From contig JBIKWR010000001.1 of the NCBI GenBank assembly GCA_044356225.1, forward strand, positions 17,244 through 81,243: 64,000 bases of DNA. The letters run 5' to 3'. The position numbers and the translations under genes are program-made. Shown here piece after piece: positions 1-10,200 of this stretch. The notes under the pieces are model-generated. The model did not search any database, was not told where the DNA came from, and saw only the letters and a program-made list of their open reading frames with translations. The DNA is from Bacteriovoracaceae bacterium. GTDB lineage: Bacteria > Bdellovibrionota > Bacteriovoracia > Bacteriovoracales > Bacteriovoracaceae. Position 1 is the stretch's first letter; the number at the start of each line of letters is the position of its first letter.

Positions 1-1449
1 TTCTTCTTGGAGATTATTAAGAAGATTGCCAATGTCAGGTCCGATAAAACTGGGTGGAGGTGGCGCCAAAGCAGGAGGTAAGGCCGATGTGAAAGAAGAA
101 TTTCCAGGCCCAGCTTCAGAGGCGAGATTAGCAAACATAGAATTGCCAGAGGCCATCGCCATTCCTTGGCCAAAAGATTCAACCTTTCCAGTGATGGCGA
201 TGGCCGGTAAAACCATTTCATTTTTTGCTGGCAAATTATTCTCCGTATTGGCGATGACATTACTATTTCCGCTTGGACTATTGGCCTCAGAATTGGCCAT
301 GGCAGAGACGGATTGATTGACGACTAATGTCCCTTGGGGACTCACTTCTAAAGCGACAATTTTTCCATCGGCGGTTTCCATCGCTATCGCCATTTCGCCA
401 GTTTTTGGATCGAAGGCAAAGTTGGCCGGAGGAATAAAAACTCCCGTATTGGCATCAAAGGCGGAACCTGGTGGAGGGGGAATATAAAGACCAGTATTGA
501 GATCCACAAAGCCTCCGGCGGGGGGAGCAAAACTGCCAGTCTTTGCATCATAAAAACCTTCGGGAGGTGCAAATTGAGAGGCATTTGTCGATACTTCGGC
601 AGTGGCGGTGGCGACTACATTCGCGCCAATTTCTGAAGTCATTGCTGCATCGATTGCCTGCGAGTCATTAGTTGTCGCAGAGAGGGGAATTCCTGGAGGA
701 GAGATACTACCAATTCCTTTGGCCTGATTGGCAATGTCTTTTGTGAGTGAAGCCTTATCGGATTCCACCAGAGGTTTATCGGTGGCATCTCTTAATGCCG
801 ACAATTGCCCAGGATTTATTTTTACTGGTTCACTCATTCGGTCTTGATTCGGATTGGCCATTATGGCAGATCCAGGTGCGGTTAGTATGCCACTAGCAAT
901 GATCATCTTTTCTAGAGCTTGTGGACTAAAAAAGCGATTGTCATTCATTTTTGTCGCCGCTACTTGCCCCTCAAAAGTCACAGTCGCGGTATTTCCGTTT
1001 TCTGGATTAAAATTAGTTTGTAAATCAGTCCCGCGGATACCCATGGCCGCGGTTTTGGTTTTAATAAATAATTTTGATTTGTTGGCATTGGCGCCTGCGG
1101 GAGCATTTTCTTTTGAAACTTGAGATCGTAATTGACCTTTAACTAAGGTGATAACACCGGGATCATTTTCAGGAAATTGATCGATCACCATTTGGGAATC
1201 AGGGCCTAAACTCATGACTGATTTATCGATAAAAAGCAGTTTGGCAAAACTTTTAGCAGAAGTCTGAATCGTGGATCCCTCTTCAACCCAATCATCTTTT
1301 TTGAGTGTTGTGAGGGTCCCAGTAACCGATTTGGAACGTACTTCACCTTTGATCAATTGGATTTGGGCCACTGGTTTGGATTGTAAATTGAGTGATAATA
1401 AAAATAAGATACCAAGAAAATATTTTAAAGAAGTTTTTTTTAAACACAT
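1..1449 (-). CDS. FecR-domain exported protein; C-terminus lies beyond the left window edge
   Basis: Absent from the ORF track because it runs off the edge. Manual minus-strand translation from ATG at 1449 gives MCLKKTSLKYFLGILFLLSLNLQSKPVAQIQLIKGEVRSK..., open for all 483 codons to position 1. It has a signal peptide, a FecR-like segment (LVKGQLRSQV...AAMGIRGTDLQ), then repeated D-x-x-TG-x-F/Y-x-PP motifs. AGGGA lies 6 nt upstream of the ATG. Confidence 0.65.
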   Translation of the reverse strand, partial: MCLKKTSLKYFLGILFLLSLNLQSKPVAQIQLIKGEVRSKSVTGTLTTLKKDDWVEEGSTIQTSAKSFAKLLFIDKSVMSLGPDSQMVIDQFPENDPGVITLVKGQLRSQVSKENAPAGANANKSKLFIKTKTAAMGIRGTDLQTNFNPENGNTATVTFEGQVAATKMNDNRFFSPQALEKMIIASGILTAPGSAIMANPNQDRMSEPVKINPGQLSALRDATDKPLVESDKASLTKDIANQAKGIGSISPPGIPLSATTNDSQAIDAAMTSEIGANVVATATAEVSTNASQFAPPEGFYDAKTGSFAPPAGGFVDLNTGLYIPPPPGSAFDANTGVFIPPANFAFDPKTGEMAIAMETADGKIVALEVSPQGTLVVNQSVSAMANSEANSPSGNSNVIANTENNLPAKNEMVLPAIAITGKVESFGQGMAMASGNSMFANLASEAGPGNSSFTSALPPALAPPPPSFIGPDIGNLLNNLQEE

Positions 1450-1584
1450 TTAAACATCCCTGTTTAGTTTCTATTGTCTACTAGATCAATGAAGATCTCT
1501 ACCTGCACCGGTCTTCAATTCTAAAAGTACTAGGAGAGTCCGACAAGGATTTCTCTGCTCGATGGCCGAAATGAAAATAAGGTT

Positions 1585-3330
1585 TTAAGGGAGTGGTAGT
1601 CTAGTCGTTGGATCTCCGAAAAGATGATACCAGCGAAAATTATCAATAACATCTGGTCGATGGTGATGCAGCCGTAAAAGTTCCAGCTGTCCCATCCATA
1701 GGGCATCGCCCAGTCTGGTTACTTGGTTTTTTACCATTTGATCGGTCATTTGCGCCGCCATAATGGCAGGAGGATCCCAGGATATATTGACCGAGCCTCC
1801 ATAGAAAGCAACAGCACCACTTGGAACACCATTGACCTCGGCGTTGATAAACATTTTTCCCAAACTCTCTTGACCATCAAATCGGCCGTTTTGGCAGGCG
1901 ACATCGATAATGATGGGTTTGATTTTGGATGGTTGGTAATCTTGAATATCGTCTCCATGATACTCTTCATATTCATAAAGACTAGGCCAGCTAAGGCCGC
2001 TACCATGACCGATGTAGTTCATCCAGATCGCTCCTTGAGATAAGGCGCGATTGATTTCTAGCACATTGGCATTCGGATTTTTCTGCAAAAAATTGTTGGT
2101 GGTGATTGAAAAATTTTGCAACAGAGGCTTTTGAGCTTGCGCCAGATACTCTTCATCAGAGGGAGCAAATCCTTCATCAGAAGCGATGCCGATTAGATGG
2201 TGAGAAATGCTTGGGTCTAATTGTTCATACTCGATTATTTTTTTGGTTTGAATCAAGAGGTCATGCGCTTGATCGATCACAAAACGAGCATAAAACACTT
2301 CTGGCAAAAAATCATTTTCCCCATCCATGGTAAAATAATTTAAATCAGAAGGGGTCTGGACGCTCATCGATGTTGCAACAAATTCGGTGGGCATTTCATT
2401 TAAGTTACCGATTAAAATCGTATAACTCATTTCTAATTCTTGGTATTTTTGATGCAGAAAATTTTTGACTTTGAAACTGTCATTTAAGCTTTCATCCACA
2501 ACATAGGTGACATCAAAACCTAAGGATTTTTTCCAGGTCATATAATCGCTTAATTCCCATTCATAATTTTTAGTGGAGAGAATCAACATTTTATTATTAT
2601 GGCGAATCAGCGACCATAAATCTTTTGGCGAATGGATGATTGTCGCATGCTCATGATGAATTTGAATTTTTAACTCGGGGTAGAGTTTGGTCGATCTAGT
2701 TTTTAGATCAACTTGCAATGGATAGATGAGTAATCGCGATAACTGAACACCTCGAAATTTCCCCAGGGCCTCAATTTTAAAAAATGGCGAAGGGTCTTGA
2801 TTTTTATTTTTTTGCCAAAGATCATAAGCTTTTAATTCTAAAAATTTTATGGTCTGAGAGTCTTTGTCTATCAGTTGACTCTCTTTTTCACAACGACAAG
2901 GCTTTTGGATGCCAGCACTGGGTAAGCTGTCAGCATAAAAAATATTTTTTTCTAAAGAACTCTGAATCACGTCGATATCGTTTTCATGAATTTCGCCGGC
3001 CAAAATCAAGGAATAAAAGGGGATGTTGGGACTTTTCACTTCATTGGTTTGAGCAAGTCCAGGAACTTGGTAATCTAAAATGGTTAATTCATGGGCGAGG
3101 TTAACCTCTGACGGTGAGGAAGGTGAAATGGTGGTTTCCCAATTTTTTTTGGCATGGAAATCAGCAAGCGTGAACTCCAAAACGGTTTGATGTGATGTGG
3201 TCCGTATTTTAACGGGAGCTTCGGTATTTATTTTCTGAGCGAGCACCAGTTGGTTGTTTGCGCTGACCTGGTAAAAAATTGTAAATAAAATGAGGATGTG
3301 AATTAAAAAACTTCGAATCATTGTTTTCAT
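1585..3330 (-). CDS. secreted cysteine peptidase, C25 (gingipain)-like
   Basis: 581-aa ORF with N-terminal signal peptide. The C-terminal half carries a NYIGHGSGLSW (His-Gly) motif and an IIIDVACQNGRFDG (Ala-Cys) motif, in the order and spacing typical of the clan CD/C25 catalytic dyad. GAGG lies 7 nt upstream of the ATG. Confidence 0.55.
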   Translation of the reverse strand: MKTMIRSFLIHILILFTIFYQVSANNQLVLAQKINTEAPVKIRTTSHQTVLEFTLADFHAKKNWETTISPSSPSEVNLAHELTILDYQVPGLAQTNEVKSPNIPFYSLILAGEIHENDIDVIQSSLEKNIFYADSLPSAGIQKPCRCEKESQLIDKDSQTIKFLELKAYDLWQKNKNQDPSPFFKIEALGKFRGVQLSRLLIYPLQVDLKTRSTKLYPELKIQIHHEHATIIHSPKDLWSLIRHNNKMLILSTKNYEWELSDYMTWKKSLGFDVTYVVDESLNDSFKVKNFLHQKYQELEMSYTILIGNLNEMPTEFVATSMSVQTPSDLNYFTMDGENDFLPEVFYARFVIDQAHDLLIQTKKIIEYEQLDPSISHHLIGIASDEGFAPSDEEYLAQAQKPLLQNFSITTNNFLQKNPNANVLEINRALSQGAIWMNYIGHGSGLSWPSLYEYEEYHGDDIQDYQPSKIKPIIIDVACQNGRFDGQESLGKMFINAEVNGVPSGAVAFYGGSVNISWDPPAIMAAQMTDQMVKNQVTRLGDALWMGQLELLRLHHHRPDVIDNFRWYHLFGDPTTRLPLP

Positions 3331-3499
3331 TTTTTTACCTCAGTCATTCCCTTACTTTTATTTCCCTGTATGAAGAGCTAATAGGCTAAGGACATCGGAA
3401 AAATGTTCCCTTTCCTTGAGGATGCTAAACTAAAAATGTCGGGGATAGTGCAAGCCGAATGTTCTAATCTTTAAGATTGATCAATTAAACAGATGAGGT

Positions 3500-4201
3500 T
3501 TAGAAAATTGTCATCCCGATGGAAACTAAAAAAGTTTTTTCGCGATTTTTATAGGGTGGAGTTTCTTGAGTGATCAGTTTAACTTTTTGCGCCGAACCTC
3601 CTACTAAACTGGCCTCTTCAGTCCAGCTATATTTATAGTTAAACTCCACAAAGATTGGTCGTAATTTTTTTGGTAAAATTTCTTCAAATCCAATCGAGGC
3701 CACGTAACCATAAGATTCATAAGTTATTTTATGGGCAGAATCATATTCTCCGGAGAGTGTTTGGATGGTTTCAAACTTAAAAGTTTGTAACCCAACCGCC
3801 GGGCCAAACGAAACAAACGGCCGCCAATTTTTTTTGATGGATAGTTGATGGTCAAAAATCCATTTAACAGGAGCGACAAAACTCACCGAGCGGAATGTGC
3901 CATCACCGAGAATGGTCGATCGATTGATTGAATGTTTGCTTTGATCGGCATTGCCAAAATTGATATATGAAGACGCATTCATTTCTAATTGTATCCAGCG
4001 ATAACCAAAATGAGTGCTAAAACCAAGGGCAAACAAGTCCGATAGAATTTGATCTTGAGTTTCAATTTCGCTTCGGCCAAGGGAAATTCCCGCTTTGACC
4101 GCCGCCATATGATCGTAGGCAATACAATGTTTAGAGATGATGAGTAACCCACTCACTATGTTGGTCAAGAGAATCGAGGTAAAAACTCTTTTTATCTTCA
4201 T
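3500..4201 (-). CDS. outer-membrane beta-barrel protein (hypothetical)
   Basis: Signal peptide, alternating hydrophobic pattern and a C-terminal aromatic residue (..SIGMTIF). I prefer ATG at 4201 (MKIKRVF...) over 4213 because GGAG sits 6 nt upstream of it. This start overlaps the upstream gene stop in a TGATG junction. Confidence 0.5.
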   Translation of the reverse strand: MKIKRVFTSILLTNIVSGLLIISKHCIAYDHMAAVKAGISLGRSEIETQDQILSDLFALGFSTHFGYRWIQLEMNASSYINFGNADQSKHSINRSTILGDGTFRSVSFVAPVKWIFDHQLSIKKNWRPFVSFGPAVGLQTFKFETIQTLSGEYDSAHKITYESYGYVASIGFEEILPKKLRPIFVEFNYKYSWTEEASLVGGSAQKVKLITQETPPYKNREKTFLVSIGMTIF

Positions 4202-4971
4202 CAAAAACTCCATACTAAATTAAGGGAGTGTTGATCCACATAATTAGTCTGAGGTATGATTTTTATTTTACCGTCATAAAACCACAACAATGGATAAGGG
4301 TTTAACAGGTATCCAAAAAATTGGGCGGCGGGGTGACCAGTATTGAGCAAGTAGAGACTAACTTTTTCAAATGTAATGCCTAAGATCGAACCAAGAACGG
4401 GAGTTTGATAAAGATCTTGGTAACTGGCCGGTTCAGTATAAATTTCAACAAAAAATTCAAAAAGTGAACTGGAGATAAAGGCCATTTTGATCGAGTCAAT
4501 TTGACTATAACCATCAGCACGATAGAACAAGTAGAGCTGACTGCCAGAATAGGGATGAACAATCCAATTCCAAAAAGGTTCGTCATTATCAAATACTAAC
4601 TCACCAAAGTTATCCGCGTATTTTTCAAAGGACCCCTCTTCGAGAAAAGTTACAGGTTGTGAGAGAAAGTAGGTGACCCAACTGGCGGCATAGATAAATC
4701 CAATGTTATTGATATCTTCTTGCCAAGTATGTTCGCGGTCGAGGTAAGTGAACTGATAGATTGGTTCGCGGCGACCATACTTAGTTAAATTATCTCCAGA
4801 TTTTTGATCTTTTTTATGAGTTTGTAACAGATCTTTTGATTCATCGAGGTTGGGAAGTTTGAGCGATAAACCCTCAGTTTGAATTGGGGAAGTGTCTTCG
4901 GCCATTCCAAGACTGAGAAAAGTCAGCAAACTCCAACTAAAAATCCAATAATGTGTAACTTTGAAAAACAT
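4201..4971 (-). CDS. hypothetical exported/membrane protein
   Basis: The ORF-track version starts at TTG 5028, which would abut the hemF start on the opposite strand. The internal ATG at 4971 gives MFFKVTHYWIFSWSLLTFLSLGMAEDT, a plausible signal peptide. I recognise no domain. Confidence 0.45.
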   Translation of the reverse strand: MFFKVTHYWIFSWSLLTFLSLGMAEDTSPIQTEGLSLKLPNLDESKDLLQTHKKDQKSGDNLTKYGRREPIYQFTYLDREHTWQEDINNIGFIYAASWVTYFLSQPVTFLEEGSFEKYADNFGELVFDNDEPFWNWIVHPYSGSQLYLFYRADGYSQIDSIKMAFISSSLFEFFVEIYTEPASYQDLYQTPVLGSILGITFEKVSLYLLNTGHPAAQFFGYLLNPYPLLWFYDGKIKIIPQTNYVDQHSLNLVWSF

Positions 4972-5027
4972 TTTAGGCGTGGTAATGGTGGTTAATAGAA
5001 TTAAGAAATTATCACAGGGATAGGCCA

Positions 5028-5936
5028 ATGGGTAATGAAAAAATGCAGTCGATCAAAGAACAATTCCATCTTCAGGTTCTTTCATTGCAAAAAAAAATTG
5101 TCGATGAAATGAAAAAAATTGATGCAAGTTTAGTCGTCGCAGATGACTCTTGGACGAGAGTTGATGCCCAAGGTGCACCGGGAGGTGGTGGGTTAACGAT
5201 CGCTTTGAATGGTCAAGTTTTTGAAAATGCGGGAGTCAATACCTCGCTGGTTTATGGTGCGATCTCTCCCGAATTCAGTCAAAAGTTGGGGTTAAAAATG
5301 GCCCATATCTGGGCCACCGGAATTAGTTTAATCATCCATCCCTTTAATCCTCGTGTTCCAACCGTGCATGCTAATTTCCGTTTACTGCAAAGTGAGGATC
5401 AGTGGTGGTTTGGCGGAGGTGCCGACCTGACGCCTTTTTATCCACATGAAGAAGATTTTCGTTACTTTCACCATGTCTGGAAACGTGCGAGTGAAAAATA
5501 TGGTTGTTATGAGGTTTTCAAAAAAAATTGTGATGAATATTTTGTCAATCATCATCGACAAAATGAAATGCGAGGAATTGGTGGACTTTTTTTTGATCAT
5601 TACAATTCGGGGGATGAAATAAAAGACTTGGCGATGGTCACGGATCTCTCCAATCATTTTATTGAAAGTTATTTTCCCATCGTTAAAAAACGTATTTTAG
5701 AACCCTGGACCATGGAAGATGAAGATTTTCAACAGCATCGAAGGGGAAGATATGTTGAATTTAATTTACTTCACGATCGAGGCACTCATTTTGGTCTTAA
5801 GACAAATGGCCGCACCGATTCAATTTTAATTAGTTTACCTAGACGTTGCAAATTTACTTATCTTTACCAACCTAAACCTGATTCTGCCCATGAAAGAATG
5901 ATGAAGTATTATTACCCTCATAACTGGATAGATTAA
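5028..5936 (+). CDS. hemF: oxygen-dependent coproporphyrinogen III oxidase
   Basis: 302 aa. Family-typical stretches are GGGGLTIALNGQVFENAGVN, HANFRLL, WWFGGGADLTPFYP and RRGRYVEFNLLHDRGTHFGL. Confidence 0.9.
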   Translation: MGNEKMQSIKEQFHLQVLSLQKKIVDEMKKIDASLVVADDSWTRVDAQGAPGGGGLTIALNGQVFENAGVNTSLVYGAISPEFSQKLGLKMAHIWATGISLIIHPFNPRVPTVHANFRLLQSEDQWWFGGGADLTPFYPHEEDFRYFHHVWKRASEKYGCYEVFKKNCDEYFVNHHRQNEMRGIGGLFFDHYNSGDEIKDLAMVTDLSNHFIESYFPIVKKRILEPWTMEDEDFQQHRRGRYVEFNLLHDRGTHFGLKTNGRTDSILISLPRRCKFTYLYQPKPDSAHERMMKYYYPHNWID

Positions 5937-5945
5937 AAATATAAA

Positions 5946-7010
5946 TTAATGATCGATCGTCTCGAGAATTGATTTTTGAGGAATCATCATTTTAATAAAC
6001 TTTTTTAAGAGGTCTTGATCAAATCGACCAATATCTTCTTTCATTATTCTAAGTGCATCGGCGGGAGAAAATTTTTCTTGGCGATGAGGTCCGGTGGTAA
6101 TCAGTGAAGTAAAGACATCGGCAATGCCGACTATTTTTGCAAGGTAATAAATTTCTTTTTCATTCAAGTGATTTGGATAGCCCATACCGTTGGGCTGTTC
6201 ATGATGCTGTAATATGATCATCCTTACTTCTGGTCCCACGCCACGAATGTCAGTGATCATTTTGGCGCCTAAGGAAGGATGCTCTTTGATTTCTTTCCAC
6301 TCTCTGGGAGTTAAATCTTTTTTATCTATCAATTCGGGATCGATCCGCGACATTCCAATATCATGAAGTAATCCACCGATACCTACACGATGAATAGATC
6401 GTTCACTTTCAAGTCCTGCTGCCTTGGCCAATAAGATAGAAAAAATACTGACCATAAAACTATGTTTCATTTGATATGGTCTGGCCCCTAAGTTTTTGAT
6501 AATGCGACAAAGGCCTTCAAAATCTGATTCCAAAATACGATGACAACCTTTCAGTGAGGACTCCGCCCACTTTAATGTATTGGGACCTAAGTCCACATTT
6601 AAATGAATTTCATGAAGTGCAATATTAATCATTTCGTCAGTAATTGTTCTGACGGTGTTAAGTGAAAAATGAGTCATGGAAGTTAAAGTTCTCTCCATTA
6701 ATTTTTCCACATAAAACTGAAATGATTTTTTTTGTTTGTTGTGAACATAAAAACATTTAATTTCTTTATCGAGATACTTATTCAAAATTACTTTATCGAT
6801 GGGATTTCCCTGATGAAAAATTTTAGTATAAGAATTTTCACCTCGTTTTAAAAAAATATCAAAAGGAAGATCACCATAAAAAGCTTCAATCAAACGAGCT
6901 CTTAAACGGATATAGTTTTGTAATATACTTGGATCAAGAGCACTTTCGGGAGAATCTGATCTTTCATTCTCTTTGACTGTGATGAATTTCTTTTTTAATG
7001 CTTGGCCCAT
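5946..7010 (-). CDS. HD-GYP domain protein (probable c-di-GMP phosphodiesterase)
   Basis: The C-terminal domain carries LLHDIGM (HD) and HHEQPNGMGYPN (GYP) motifs. I do not recognise the N-terminal ~150 aa. Confidence 0.8.
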   Translation of the reverse strand: MGQALKKKFITVKENERSDSPESALDPSILQNYIRLRARLIEAFYGDLPFDIFLKRGENSYTKIFHQGNPIDKVILNKYLDKEIKCFYVHNKQKKSFQFYVEKLMERTLTSMTHFSLNTVRTITDEMINIALHEIHLNVDLGPNTLKWAESSLKGCHRILESDFEGLCRIIKNLGARPYQMKHSFMVSIFSILLAKAAGLESERSIHRVGIGGLLHDIGMSRIDPELIDKKDLTPREWKEIKEHPSLGAKMITDIRGVGPEVRMIILQHHEQPNGMGYPNHLNEKEIYYLAKIVGIADVFTSLITTGPHRQEKFSPADALRIMKEDIGRFDQDLLKKFIKMMIPQKSILETIDH

Positions 7011-7264
7011 AAAACACCTTGGTTGGATCTATTTTATCAAGTAAATAAACTTTCCTGTAAATGGTCGATATTTAAGAAGCAAAATGTCTCATTTAATGAG
7101 GATAAAAATTAAAAGGGTAAATATCCGTGGCAGATAAATAATCTAGCTATATTTAGCGATATAAAGGAGGAAAATAACTGAAAAAAAATGGGGAAGTAGC
7201 CGAAAAGAGATCGACCATAAAAAAATTAAAAAACATAAATGTTGAGAAATACTCCAGCTTATTT

Positions 7265-10200
7265 ATGAATATTATTTTAAAAATATTTATCATTAACACC
7301 TTTCTGTATGTCGCATCGAGTGTTGCGGCTCAATCAACTTCTCATTTAGTGGGATTGGAAAATTTAACTAATGATCAATCGTTAAACGATTGTCAGGCAA
7401 CAGAAGAAATTTTAGAAAACAGTACCATCAGTGAAGAAAATCAAAATATGTTTTCAAGTCTTTTGGATGTTCTGCCTCAACTTTCTGGGAATGGTCATCA
7501 GTTAAGTTCTCTAGTCCCTCCTGGTCCATCAATGACTTTAACCCTGGAGCATTTAGATTGTTTTCCAACTCCCAAAAAAGACAATCAAGAATTCTGTTTA
7601 AAATCAGATTTAGCTAGGTTTTATTTAACATTTTACAGTCTAAAACTGGAGCATCACCAAGACCAGATTCTTCAAGTCATTCGGAAACAGATCAACGATG
7701 ATATGAAAAGTCTAATAATCCTGGCGCAGGATTCCTACAAAAATAAAAAAGAAAAAATTCCTTTATCCGATTTTAAAAAATTGGCATGGTATTTTTCACA
7801 AGCCAGACACCCAAAAAATAATATTTTAATATTTGATGAGTCAAACTGGTTAAATTTTATTCAAACCTCCTTAGAAATACGTCGTCTGGATAATAGTGCA
7901 GAAAATGATGAGGATCTAGCAGCGATTATTGCGATTGCGCTCCAATCTCCGGCCATCACTGCGTTAGGTATCAAAAAAATTGTCGAGATCATTCAAAATG
8001 AAACAGTAAAAATTAATAAAGACGAAATGATTCTCCAGGCCTTGGCATCACGGATTCAAAATTTTCCAACGCCGGAATTAGAGCAAGATCGAGCTTATCT
8101 TTTAGGGGGACTTTTTCAATTAATTACTCAATCAAAGATGAATCAATTGGCCAAAAATTTAGCGTTAGATCAAGTCAGACAAGTGGCGATCAATTGGAAA
8201 TTAGATCCTCAAATCTTGGTGACGGTTAAAGTCCTGACTGAAGATAAACCAGCACCAGACTTAGATCCACTCTTAGGTGGGAGTTATCCTCAGACTCCTT
8301 TTCGCATGCAGTTAGACGAAAATGACTCTACTCCAAGCAAAGGAGAGGGAAGTGGAAGAGTCGAAGATTTTTTTACCAATCTTTTGGGTGGATTAGTTGT
8401 GCCTTTTGGATCAAAAAAAGATGATTTTAAAAAGGCCGATGACTTTTTAAGAAAAGAAATTCGAGAAGTATTAAAAACGACCAAAGAACTCCAAGATTAT
8501 CTTTTTACCCCAATAACAGATGACATGAGCGATAGGGGAAAATTAGTCACGAGAATGGAAAACGAAGATCTCGAAGACCAAATCATTGAAAGAATTATTG
8601 ATCTTAAAAAAAATAAACACAAATTTTTAGGTTTTAAAGAAGGAATTGTTAAAACGAAAGATCGAGTCATCGGTTTATCTAATTTTGTCATCTTGCAAGA
8701 AATTGTTCTCAAACAATTACAAAAAGCACTCAATCTCCCAAGGCTTTCAACCTCAGCTGAACTTGACGAATTACTTTTAAAACAAGTAGCAGAAGTGACA
8801 AAGGTTTTTGGCGACTGTATCGAAGCCGCCAAGCATGATGATCAAAAAGTTGATGGATGTGCAAAAAAAATTCAATCATCACTCCCTTATCGTATTGGAC
8901 ACCAATTGATTCCCATTTTGTTAAGGGAAAATATGGCATCCCAATTTCAAGATCAAGACGGTAAACTAAATAGTGAAGGTTTAGATCGACTGATTGTAGG
9001 GGCCTTGAATGACTATGATCAATGTTCTGAAAACCATCTTTTTTTAACTGCAAAACAAGAAGAAATTTATCGTCAAAAATATAAAAATGATTTTAATGAT
9101 TTACAAAAGCTGCTAGGCAAAAAGAATCAATCGGCGATAGGCACAACGACCAATGGCATTTCACAAGAGGATCGCCAAAATGTATTAGAAGTTCCCGTGA
9201 TGAATCCCTTGTCAATGGTTCAAGGTTGCGTCTTTTTTGCTTTTCTTAATTCAACGGTTAATGGGGGCGTTATCGACCAAGCGCTGAGCAGTTCTTTAGG
9301 TCCTATTTTTACTGGCCAAACACCTGAGGAAAAAAAACAGTTAATTAGTAAAGTAACGGCAAGAGTCTACAGTTGTTTAGAAAATAAAGGCTTGCTAAAA
9401 AATGGCCAACCAGTTTATGTGAACCCAGAAAAAATAAAAAATCTTTATCAGCAGCGGTTTGAAATTTTAAAAGAGTATCATCAATTTGCCGAGTCGTTAC
9501 AAAACATTTACAAAAAAGATCCGAAAAAAAGAACTGAAAAAGAAAGAACCAATCTGATGGTTTGGCAATTGAGGGAAAAAGATATTTTTGCCTCTATAAA
9601 AAAGATCGATGAAGACTTGGTCAATATTAATCCTCTAACCTCAATGGACCAAAATGAGTTTGTAGATAGTCTCAAAGAAGAATGCACCGTTAAAATTGCC
9701 CTCGATGAAGTGATTCGGTTTTTTGTCAACGATAATGAATTGGCGAAAAATTACTATCGGGAGTTTCCCGCCAAGTTGGATCAAGTGATCAATCAAGTCA
9801 TGGCCCTTGGTTTAGAACAATGTTTGGCCACCCAACAGCAAGTGATTGACCAACAAATGGAGAAAGTGAGTACGGATTTCCATCGCGGCCGCTTTATCGA
9901 GGGCGAAAAATACAATGGTTCAAAAGAAAGGAAAATTATTCGTGAGATAAAGAGTAAACAAAATATGGGCCATTGTATCGACTTAATCAAAAGCACAGCG
10001 CTTGGATTAATTTTTAGTGATATAATTAATGGTCAGTCGATCGAAATGTTTAATGCTACTTTACAAGATGTCGGATTGACTTGGGAGGAATTTTATAATG
10101 ATCCTCGCTTAAGTAAATTGGGAAATGAATTTTCCTTAGCAACTAGTCAAGGACTAGCAGAAACTGAAAAGTGCTTTGAGAATTTACGAGTTTCAGCTTT

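Noticed and set aside
26-1453. Track ORFs 26..316 +, 384..584 -, 854..1123 + and 1271..1453 +.
   Set aside because: All lie inside, or antisense to, the 483-codon open minus-strand frame starting at 1449 (the FecR-domain protein). That frame has a signal peptide and SD. These ORFs are shadow or alternate-frame products.
7164-7199. Very strong SD-like AAGGAGG in the HD-GYP/giant-gene intergenic region.
   Set aside because: The nearest ATG (7188) is 17 nt away and opens only a 3-codon ORF (ATG GGG AAG TAG). An ATA-initiated 25-codon frame would have a spacer of only 3-4 nt. No convincing gene results.
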